From: Promethearchaeota archaeon
Lineage (GTDB): Archaea; Asgardarchaeota; Lokiarchaeia; Sigyniarchaeales; SOKP01
Direction of reading: 5' to 3'
DNA length: 11,064 nucleotides
NCBI GenBank assembly: GCA_016839745.1
Contig: JAEOTS010000182.1
Location: 1-11,064 of the forward strand
Shown: positions 1-7,368 of the stretch, piece by piece
How positions within the stretch are numbered: position 1 is the first letter of the stretch
Layout of the letters: each line of letters opens with the position of its first letter
The notes under the pieces: generated by a model
Told to the model about the DNA's origin: nothing
Database searches by the model: none
The model's input: only the letters and a program-made list of their open reading frames with translations
Translations under genes and position numbers: made by a program

Positions 1-123
1 GTGGATGTGATATTTTCTGGCATTCTTAATGTAAAGCCGAAAAATTTAGCTCCTCACCTGAAAGGGTTCGATTATATAAACATGGAAGTGCAGGAAGCGG
101 TTCTGTCAAATTTTAAGTATTAA
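1..123 (+). CDS. 3' end of an unidentified CDS (truncated by the window edge)
   Basis: Frame 1 is open from base 1 to TAA at 121-123 (VDVIFSGILNVKPKNLAPHLKGFDYINMEVQEAVLSNFKY*) and is followed by a T10 run. It is too short to assign a product. Confidence 0.6.
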   Translation: MDVIFSGILNVKPKNLAPHLKGFDYINMEVQEAVLSNFKY

Positions 124-133
124 ATTTATTTAC

Positions 134-143
134 TTTTTTTTTT
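134..143 (+). terminator. Oligo-T (T10) archaeal-type terminator
   Basis: T10 run 10 nt after the stop at 123, in a convergent intergenic gap. Confidence 0.5.
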
Positions 144-212
144 ACAGCTTGATATATACTAAAGACCTAATCGATTTAGTATTAGCAGAAGTTAAAAAAT
201 ACTATTTATAGA

Positions 213-1325
213 TTAATCCATTTCCCTCCCAATTTTGAATCCTAATTCGAAGAAATCTTTAGGAATATTTTCTCGTTCAAGACGCTTCAGTGTTATTATA
301 TTTGCTGAGCAATTAACAGCACAAATACCACATCCCATACATTTATCTTCCTCAATCTCAGGTCCTTCTTCATTTAGGGTTATTGCCTTAAAAATACAAT
401 TTGTTTCGCATGTTCCGCATCTTTCGCACATTTCAATATCTTTGATTTCTGCTACATAATTTGCCTTCGCTACTGCGTGTGGTTTATCCCACATAGTAAT
501 TCCTCCTAATGGATTACAACAACAGGAACAACAGTTACATAGCATTGAATGTGTTCCTTCCTCAAAATTTTCTATTGTGTGGACTAAACCTTTTTGGTTA
601 AACTCTTTACAAAGTCTCTTCGTTTCTTCTTTACTTATTTCTCTCCCAATACCTTTATCAATTATAAATTTAGCCATGTGATTCATGTAAAAGCAAGTTT
701 CTAACGGATATTTTTCCTTACAGTCTCTAATTCCTAATGTTTCTGTCCGAGTCTTGCAAGCACATTTAGCAATTGCGATAATTTTTGCATCATCAATAAT
801 TTTTGAGACATTTTCAAATGGTAATATCATTTTCGTTGAATCTATTGACTCTTGGACGGGTATTACTCGAACGGTAGGTGTTTCTGGTGATCCACTATAG
901 ACTTTATACCAACCATCATCAACCATGTTTTTGAAACTCATTTCTGCTAGTTTTTTAGCTTTATCTTTTGAGTATTTGTGATAGCTTAATGGAGGGAAAC
1001 TGTGAAGTAAAAAAGTCTGGTGAATTGCATATTTTGGGTCTTTTGAGCCAATTTTCAAGACACAATTTTGATTTACTAATCTATCTAGAATTTCCTTGGC
1101 TTCATCCTCGCTTCTTTTAATTTTTTTTGCATATCGTTTCAGAGAAAGAAGATTAGGACCTACTTTTAATTTAATGAGATACTTCACATCTTCAGAATCA
1201 ATTAACTCTTTTAAGTACTCAACCCAACCTTTCGGAATTTTACCTTTTTGCCCTAATGGTGATAATCTAGGTACTGACGAATCTAATTTTTTTACTAGGA
1301 TTTCATATGGATCTTCTATAAGCAA
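213..1325 (-). CDS. 4Fe-4S dicluster protein with N-terminal wHTH-like region and CNCCxCCC motif (uncharacterised Fe-S electron-transfer family)
   Basis: C-terminal CERCGTCETNC and CMGCGICAVNC ferredoxin motifs; CACK..C..TC and GLVH..CNCCSCCC cysteine clusters; HTH-like segment LSLKRYAKKIKRSEDEAKEILDRLVNQNCV. TTG start with AGGTG (1331-1335, minus strand) 5 nt upstream. Confidence 0.88.
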   Translation of the reverse strand: MLIEDPYEILVKKLDSSVPRLSPLGQKGKIPKGWVEYLKELIDSEDVKYLIKLKVGPNLLSLKRYAKKIKRSEDEAKEILDRLVNQNCVLKIGSKDPKYAIHQTFLLHSFPPLSYHKYSKDKAKKLAEMSFKNMVDDGWYKVYSGSPETPTVRVIPVQESIDSTKMILPFENVSKIIDDAKIIAIAKCACKTRTETLGIRDCKEKYPLETCFYMNHMAKFIIDKGIGREISKEETKRLCKEFNQKGLVHTIENFEEGTHSMLCNCCSCCCNPLGGITMWDKPHAVAKANYVAEIKDIEMCERCGTCETNCIFKAITLNEEGPEIEEDKCMGCGICAVNCSANIITLKRLERENIPKDFFELGFKIGREMD

Positions 1326-1375
1326 CAGAACACCTTTTGAGTATAAGTGAAAAACAATGACTTCTATTAGTTTTT

Positions 1376-1388
1376 ACCTATATTTAAG
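1376..1388 (-). promoter_or_regulatory. Putative TATA box for the Fe-S protein gene
   Basis: CTTAAATATAGGT on the minus strand, about 55 nt upstream of the TTG, which leaves a short leader containing the SD. The same 12-mer recurs at 10055-10066. Confidence 0.5.
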
Positions 1389-1429
1389 TCTTCTTCAAAA
1401 TTTTTCTGAAACTAGAACTAAAAATCGAC

Positions 1430-1763
1430 TTAGTAATGAAAACTTTCTTTACCAGGAACAGTGTTTTTTTTTGCTTTTATCACCAGAGCGTTAATTCTCT
1501 CTCTTACAGCTTCCAACAGCTCGTTTTTTTCCGAGATATCTTTCCGCAATTGATTAATTACTAAATCGAACTGATTTGAGTCAGTAAAATTCGTAACAAC
1601 CGGTGTTTGACTGCTATTTTGCATGCGATCGACGCAAAAGTTTAGGAAATTCGAAAGATCTTTAACTATACGACTTCTATTTTGGATTAATTTATGTTTT
1701 AGTTGTTTAGCTTGAATTTTCCCTTCTGTATAATTAATTTTTTTAATCTTTTTTTTTTAGCAT
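1430..1763 (-). pseudogene. Small helical protein gene, paralog of 2352-2732, with its ATG out of frame across an A10 tract (pseudogene, slippage-dependent gene or assembly error)
   Basis: The frame of the 64-aa ORF stays open upstream to 1756 (KKKIKKINYTEGKIQAKQLKHKLIQNRSRIVKDLSNFLNFCVDRMQNSS...). ATG at 1763-1761 is followed by CT-A10. Removing one A gives a 110-aa ORF beginning MLKKKIKKINYTEG. Confidence 0.65.
1626..1726. repeat. Diverged direct repeat, copy 1 (partner at 2524-2624)
   Basis: Ungapped hand alignment with 15 mismatches in 101 nt (about 85% identity). It encodes the conserved core of two paralogous proteins. Confidence 0.9.
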
Positions 1764-1942
1764 TTTTGTATCTGTTTTACGAAACATTAAGGAGTCTAAT
1801 GCAGATCTAAATAAACATGTAAATTAAGTCCTAAGTCACTAAGATTTAAATATGAATAGATCTATTATAATTTAGTTTTTACATTTTTGTAAAAATAGAA
1901 AATTTATTAATTAAAAGAAAGAGAATATGAGGAAGAAACAAG

Positions 1943-2320
1943 ATGTTTAAAGATATGAGTAGAGCAGCACTGTCTGTTTTTGTTATGGGATTATATCTAA
2001 TATTTCTAGGAATTACCTTTTTATTCATGCCGGAGATTATGTTTTTAATATTGGCTTATCCAACACCTCCGGATATAGCCTCACGTATCCTTGGAATGAT
2101 CTTCGTGCTTTTAGCTTATTACTATATTCGCGCTGCTCTTGATGAGGAAGGAATGAGGAAGTTTTTTGTATGGACAGTACACACACGAGCTGTAGTTATT
2201 ATATTCTTAAGTGTTTTTGCCGCACTGCAGATGGTGAGTCCTCTTATAATCCTTTTCGGTGTTATTGACCTTGCTGCAGCTTTATGGACCTTTTGGGCTT
2301 TACGTAAAGATAAAGCTTAA
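1943..2320 (+). CDS. Hypothetical 4-TM integral membrane protein
   Basis: 125-aa ORF with four hydrophobic segments (SVFVMGLYLIFLGITFLFMP; ILGMIFVLLAYYYI; AVVIIFLSVFAAL; LIILFGVIDLAAALWTFWAL). The true start may be the second ATG at 1955 (MSRAA). Confidence 0.85.
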   Translation: MFKDMSRAALSVFVMGLYLIFLGITFLFMPEIMFLILAYPTPPDIASRILGMIFVLLAYYYIRAALDEEGMRKFFVWTVHTRAVVIIFLSVFAALQMVSPLIILFGVIDLAAALWTFWALRKDKA

Positions 2321-2351
2321 CAGAACAAAAAATATAGGAGTTTTATGTAAA

Positions 2352-2732
2352 TTATAATTTATTTTTTTTTTTTTTTAAAACTAATTGATTAACTTTATTT
2401 GCTACAACCTTTAACAATTCGTTTCTGTCGATTAACTCCTGCTGTAAATGAATATTAGTTTGATTAAATTGATTTTTTAAAGCAATTTTTTGATCCTCCA
2501 AAGTCTGATCATCGTTTTTTATACGATCGACGCAAAAACTTAAGAAGTTCGAAATATCCTTAACCATACGACTTCTGCTTTGAATTAATTTTTGTTTTAG
2601 CTGTTTAGCTTGTATTTTTCCCTCTATAAAATTTCTAATCGTGATCTTTAGTCCTTCTAATTCTTCTTCGTCGAAAACGATTTTTTCTACAACTTGCTCG
2701 AAATCTTCTTTTTCTTGACTTTTAGCCGCTAT
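2352..2732 (-). CDS. 126-aa helical/coiled-coil hypothetical protein, last gene of the operon; probable ATA start
   Basis: The frame is open from 2750 to the stop at 2352. Homology to the 1430-1763 paralog extends upstream of the ATG at 2567. ATA at 2732-2730 overlaps the upstream TAG and lies 8 nt after GAGGTG. Translation begins (M)AAKSQEKEDFEQVVEKIVFDEEELEGLKITIRNFIEGKIQAKQLKQKLIQSRSRMVKD. Confidence 0.75.
   Translation of the reverse strand: MAAKSQEKEDFEQVVEKIVFDEEELEGLKITIRNFIEGKIQAKQLKQKLIQSRSRMVKDISNFLSFCVDRIKNDDQTLEDQKIALKNQFNQTNIHLQQELIDRNELLKVVANKVNQLVLKKKKNKL
2362..2376 (+). terminator. T15 run, probable terminator of the 1943-2320 gene, overlapping a poly-Lys coding tail on the minus strand
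   Basis: 15 consecutive T about 40 nt after the TAA at 2320. The opposite strand reads LKKKKN. Confidence 0.5.
2524..2624. repeat. Diverged direct repeat, copy 2 (partner at 1626-1726)
   Basis: About 85% nucleotide identity to 1626-1726 and 29/34 identical amino acids. Confidence 0.9.
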
Positions 2733-5700
2733 AGTGTACCCACCTCTCCTTCAATATACGATTTAAATGTGTTGAACAGTTTTGAATAGGATTTGAATAC
2801 TTCTTTACTCTGATGCTCCAAGTTATTTTTCTCGAGAGATATATTGTCACACATAGATAAGAATTTTGTCAGCTCCGTCTCTGAAAACGGAAATCCTTCT
2901 ATAGTAGTTATGAATTTTATAAAGTTATTAATGTCTACGCTAGTTATTGTGTAATTGACGCTATAGTAGCTATTATAAACGCTATACAGAAACTTCCTAA
3001 GCAAAATTTTTGCTGCTTTCAAAGCTTTTTCGTATTTTTGTTGGTCAATGAACTTGTGGATATTAAAAAATTCGTAATACAAAATAGGAGCAAAATGCTC
3101 TGTAATCGCACGTTTTAGATTAACTATTTTTAGTTTAATAACATCAGTAGTTTCTGTTTGCGTTGATTTATCCGATTCGAGCTCTACAGGTTCGTATGCT
3201 ATTACTGAACTCTCTCGCGACTCATAGTAATCTTTTAAAACTTTTTGATAGTGCGGTCCGACCGCAAAAGATGTTTGCATAGATTCCGAACCACTCGCTC
3301 TTCGAGGATGACTTTCTATTAAATACTGCTGTTTTACCAAAATACCGAAGACATCGCTGATTATGTCCCTTTCTCTCTTTTTATCTTTAGTAATTTTTAT
3401 GATGTAAGGGTGTAGAATTTTCTGAAGTTGTTCCTTTACCTTCTTTTTGTACATGTTTCCCACTTTATCTACAACTTGGAGATTGTTTAAAAATTTTATA
3501 GTGCCTTCTATTAAATTGCTGTATCCGGCGAAATCGCTTTCAAATAAAGTGGTTTGTGCTCGCTTCATGACTTTTCTTTCTGTTTTTTCCAGATCGTAAC
3601 CTAGGTTTTGCATGTAAATTACAATTTCTTGCCAATCTAGTGGTTTTATGATTCTCAGTTCCTCTAAATCAAATTTGACTGGAAATGTTTGATAAATATC
3701 ATTTCTTTTTACAACCGCTTCGTCTGGTTTCATATTTCCAATATATCTTGCTTGATACCCTTCGTTTCTACTAGTACTGTAGTATCCTACTCCATGAAGG
3801 CTCTCTAAATTCATTTGGCCGTTGAGAACTGCCATGTCTCGTTTATCATTTGCCCGAAATGTTACCATATTACTTAAATAATTAAACACATTCGGGTGTA
3901 AATATCTAATTTGGGAGGCAGAATAGATTGTTCCAAACTCGTTTTCAACCAACGGATCGAAAAACTTGTCAATTTTCCCATATTGAATTTTCTTATCCAA
4001 GAAAAAGCCATCGAAAATAATATCTATATGTGGCATTATTATGAATTTTGAAATGTGTGGTTTTCCTGTTCTTAAATAATGAATAAACTTAGAAATTACT
4101 ACAAACGCGAAATAGCATTGTTTATCGTAATCTTTCACTTCTGAAAGGTCTATTATAACTGTTTTATCGTTCGTAATAAATTCGTAGGCAAGAGCAGTAT
4201 CTTGCGTATTTTGCTGTTGATGATGGATAAAAGATGACTCCTGTGGGGTAAATTCTTTGAAAAAAGAAAGTAAAGTGTCTGTAACCGTTGATTTTTCCCA
4301 CTCACGCATTGTCGTTAAATCTAAAACTAATGTTGAAACATCAATATCCGGATTCCGTAAAATAGTGTTCTTGAAAGTTTCTATAGTCCTTTCGTCTTTT
4401 TTAAAACACATGGCGTATGCATCTAGCATGTAATCCAAATACCCTGGATTGTCAGTGTCATAAGGAATCCCAGAACGGAGAGGGTTTATTACGAAGGTTT
4501 TACCTAACTTATGGTAAATAAATTGGTTTTCATAAACGGTACCTTTAAAGTAATTTATTACTTTAGACCAGTTCCCAGTAAAATCGAAAACCACAGAGTT
4601 ATGTCCCGTCTTCACTAGTTCTACAACAATCTTTTGAGCTAGTAATTCTCTATTGGAATTAGTTCCATTTGTGAGAAGCAAGTTACGCAGATGCTCTAAC
4701 AAAAATCCAGCAGGAACTTCATTTTCCAGAAATTCTGTATTAATTGTTTTTCCAACTGTTATAAAGTTTGTAAGTTGTAAAGGGCTGTTGAATTCTGTTG
4801 CCAATTTTGTCTCAATTCCTTTTTTGAATTGGTCAGAAAGTGCAGCCAAAAATCTTAAGGTTTTTCCTTGATACAAAACATAGCTTAAATGAGTTCCGTT
4901 TCTTAGGAAAAATTTGTTTTTCAGAGTCTCGAACATTAGTCCAGCTTCTAGTTTGTTTTTCCTCAATGGTACCAACTCGTAGTTCGTAAAGAATTGCTTA
5001 AAAGTGTTATAAAGAACTATTTGTTGTAATTTTAAGTTCTGTTCCATTTTATCGATTAATTCAAAGTTAATATCTGGAGAGTTAAATACTACGCTTGTTG
5101 AATAGGTTGCGATTGTGCTCCAAATTCCCGCACGGGAACTAAGCCAATTATTACCATCTATAAAGTTATCCGTTCTTTTAAGCAGCATCCGTTTTTCCCC
5201 TTCATTTAAATATTTAAACCCTTCCTTGTCGAACTGGTTAAAAGATAAAGGTTTTAACTGAAAAGTAACTGTAAAAGGCATACCTTCCCTAATTAATGCC
5301 TCGTAAAACTTGTCCGGAGTGCAATAGGCGGGGGGATAAGTAAAATTTATGTTAAGCATTTTGAGCCCACCTACAATTTTTCCTTCGACCTGATAAAAAA
5401 TACTTTCAGGGATACTACCTAATTTGTAAAACTGAACCTTTGAAAAAGGATCGACTACTTCAAATTCTTTCGATTTAAATATTATTCCCTTGTTAAATTG
5501 GAATAACAACCCGCGCCACCAAATAGCTATTAAACTTACTAGGATAAAAATACTTAGCAATAAACGCACTCCTATTGGCAAATTAAGGACGAATAATAAT
5601 ATATCGAGTACTACTACTATTGAAAAGATGTAAAGTGCCTTTACTATAGAACTACTTATTTCTGGTTTAATCGACTTGCATGTTATTTTATTTGGATCGT

Positions 5701-6505
5701 TTTCTACTTCTAATTCTTGTTTTAAAACCGAGCTTCTAAAAGCATTCAATAAGTCCGCATCAGATAATTGTGTTATTCTAAAGTGATGAAAGTTGGAAGC
5801 AAATGCAGATTTTAAAGAAACGGTATACTCTCGAAGATTATCCACTACTTCTGTTAATTTAGATTTGGAAACTCTTCCTTTAATGCTGTAAAAAGTACTA
5901 AAAAAAACCATGGTTTCGAAAGAAGAAATCTGATTGCCAGTGTTGTTATCAGTGGCTAGCTGAAGTGGTTTTTGGATAATTTGATAGGAGTAGGGCACCT
6001 TTACCGCGTGTAATCCTTTAATAAATCGGTTTAAGTTGGCGTGGACATTTTCGGGAATGACTCGGATTTTAAATATCCTTATCCCTGTCGTAATTAAATC
6101 TTTATGGTTGGTAAAAAACAATAAAGAAGTGTCGTATTTAGATTGCCAAAAAACAAGTTCTTGAAAAGGTTCAAATGACTTGAATTCGAAGAGATGTTTT
6201 AAATTGAAGATATTTTTATGAAAAACCAAAACATAACCTATTACTACGATTGCTGAAACGATAGTAGAAAGTGCTAAGTTGAAAGTTGCGTATAACAAGA
6301 ATGCAAAATATAAAAATCCGATGATCGTCAAAGAACCCACCTTAAGGAGTGTTTCTCTTTTATCAACATCCTTATAGGAAGGATTAACCTTCCATACTTT
6401 CAAATATGCTTTTTCTCGGTCATCTACTTCGCTTTCTTTTCCAGAGCTATTTTTACCTTTCCAATTATTTGAATCTTTTAACAAATTTCCGTAAGATTTT
6501 ACCAA
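2729..6505 (-). CDS. Membrane-anchored HerA/VirB4/FtsK-superfamily ATPase-like protein, probably catalytically inactive
   Basis: Two TM hairpins (aa ~58-95 and ~287-330). From aa ~582 the HerA/VirB4 motif order is recognisable: ITVGK, NLLLTNGTNSNRE (Walker A position), VVFDFTGNW, INPL, TVIIDLS, FIIMPHID (Walker B position), YSASQ..L...V..Y.SNMVTFR. TTG start with a GAGGTGA SD. Confidence 0.8.
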   Translation of the reverse strand: MVKSYGNLLKDSNNWKGKNSSGKESEVDDREKAYLKVWKVNPSYKDVDKRETLLKVGSLTIIGFLYFAFLLYATFNLALSTIVSAIVVIGYVLVFHKNIFNLKHLFEFKSFEPFQELVFWQSKYDTSLLFFTNHKDLITTGIRIFKIRVIPENVHANLNRFIKGLHAVKVPYSYQIIQKPLQLATDNNTGNQISSFETMVFFSTFYSIKGRVSKSKLTEVVDNLREYTVSLKSAFASNFHHFRITQLSDADLLNAFRSSVLKQELEVENDPNKITCKSIKPEISSSIVKALYIFSIVVVLDILLFVLNLPIGVRLLLSIFILVSLIAIWWRGLLFQFNKGIIFKSKEFEVVDPFSKVQFYKLGSIPESIFYQVEGKIVGGLKMLNINFTYPPAYCTPDKFYEALIREGMPFTVTFQLKPLSFNQFDKEGFKYLNEGEKRMLLKRTDNFIDGNNWLSSRAGIWSTIATYSTSVVFNSPDINFELIDKMEQNLKLQQIVLYNTFKQFFTNYELVPLRKNKLEAGLMFETLKNKFFLRNGTHLSYVLYQGKTLRFLAALSDQFKKGIETKLATEFNSPLQLTNFITVGKTINTEFLENEVPAGFLLEHLRNLLLTNGTNSNRELLAQKIVVELVKTGHNSVVFDFTGNWSKVINYFKGTVYENQFIYHKLGKTFVINPLRSGIPYDTDNPGYLDYMLDAYAMCFKKDERTIETFKNTILRNPDIDVSTLVLDLTTMREWEKSTVTDTLLSFFKEFTPQESSFIHHQQQNTQDTALAYEFITNDKTVIIDLSEVKDYDKQCYFAFVVISKFIHYLRTGKPHISKFIIMPHIDIIFDGFFLDKKIQYGKIDKFFDPLVENEFGTIYSASQIRYLHPNVFNYLSNMVTFRANDKRDMAVLNGQMNLESLHGVGYYSTSRNEGYQARYIGNMKPDEAVVKRNDIYQTFPVKFDLEELRIIKPLDWQEIVIYMQNLGYDLEKTERKVMKRAQTTLFESDFAGYSNLIEGTIKFLNNLQVVDKVGNMYKKKVKEQLQKILHPYIIKITKDKKRERDIISDVFGILVKQQYLIESHPRRASGSESMQTSFAVGPHYQKVLKDYYESRESSVIAYEPVELESDKSTQTETTDVIKLKIVNLKRAITEHFAPILYYEFFNIHKFIDQQKYEKALKAAKILLRKFLYSVYNSYYSVNYTITSVDINNFIKFITTIEGFPFSETELTKFLSMCDNISLEKNNLEHQSKEVFKSYSKLFNTFKSYIEGEVGTL
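2741..2746 (-). promoter_or_regulatory. Shine-Dalgarno GAGGTG for the 126-aa gene
   Basis: The minus strand reads GGAGAGGTG-GGTACACT-ATA within the last codons of the 1258-aa gene. Confidence 0.6.
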
Positions 6506-6513
6506 TCTTTATA

Positions 6514-6520
6514 TCACCTC
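6514..6520 (-). promoter_or_regulatory. Shine-Dalgarno GAGGTGA overlapping the upstream TGA stop
   Basis: The minus strand reads GAGGTGA-TATAAAGA-TTG, which supports the TTG start at 6505. Confidence 0.75.
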
Positions 6521-7368
6521 TTACCAAAGTAAGTTTTATTTATAAAATACAACACTAGTATAGCTCCAAAACAGATGAGCATGTTGTAACTAATGACTAC
6601 AGATAAGACACCAAACATAAAAGACTCAATTACAGATACAATTCCAATCATCGCAAACAAAATGATAAGTCCTAACATTAAAAATTGTCCGATATGTTCT
6701 TTTGATTGCCGGTAAGATATGTTGTCCTTTAAAGAGCCAGAAATTACTATTTTGCCTTTGGATCGCTGCTCGATATTTTTCCTTATTGTTTTAAGGTGCA
6801 ATATTTTCTCAAATACTTCTTTATCGAACTCCTTTTCGAATTGGATTTGAAGGGCTTTTTCTTCCTCTCTAAATTTGTGAAGTAAAATTGGATTAAATGC
6901 CCCTTCTTTTTTATTCCTTAAGTTTTGACCACCGGATAAGAAAGAAAACATTGATATGGATCGATTACGATCTAATATGTCTGAGTTTATGTTTTCGTGA
7001 AGGTTAGGTACTTCTAGCTTTCGAAGTTCGTAATAAATGTCAAACACTTCTCTTACGTGATCTAAACCTAGGTCTCCTTCTTTTTTCAGAAATAGCAACT
7101 CGATTTGAGAAATACTTTCAATTATTTCAGGTTTAAAAACTTTTATTCTAAAATTTAAGGAAAAAATTTTGTTTACGAGCTCCATGTACTCAAAAATCTT
7201 CTCGCCAGCATTTTTCTCTCTCGGTCTCATTCCAAGCTTAATCCCAATCTCGTCTATTGTATTACTCGTAAGGATAAAGCTAACGACTGCTAGTTTTTTA
7301 TAGTTCTGAGTCTCTTTACAGAGTTGGATTAACTTTTTTAGCTTTAAATCTAATAGTTGTTCTTTCAT
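6514..7368 (-). CDS. Hypothetical protein with a soluble helical (possibly HEPN-like) N-terminus and a C-terminal 2-TM anchor
   Basis: 284-aa ORF with the hydrophobic hairpin FLMLGLIILFAMIGIVSVI...VLSVVISYNMLICFGAILVLYFI at the C-terminus. Coupled to the upstream gene by a TAATG overlap at 7370-7366. Confidence 0.85.
   Translation of the reverse strand: MKEQLLDLKLKKLIQLCKETQNYKKLAVVSFILTSNTIDEIGIKLGMRPREKNAGEKIFEYMELVNKIFSLNFRIKVFKPEIIESISQIELLFLKKEGDLGLDHVREVFDIYYELRKLEVPNLHENINSDILDRNRSISMFSFLSGGQNLRNKKEGAFNPILLHKFREEEKALQIQFEKEFDKEVFEKILHLKTIRKNIEQRSKGKIVISGSLKDNISYRQSKEHIGQFLMLGLIILFAMIGIVSVIESFMFGVLSVVISYNMLICFGAILVLYFINKTYFGKR

Noticed and set aside
235-1350. Plus-strand ORFs 235-459 and 1096-1350
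   Set aside because: They are antisense shadows of the well-supported Fe-S protein gene and have no recognisable motifs.
1626-2624. The ~100-bp repeat pair as a DGR template/variable repeat
   Set aside because: Mismatches are not confined to adenines in either copy or strand, are mostly synonymous, and no reverse transcriptase is present. This is ordinary paralogy.
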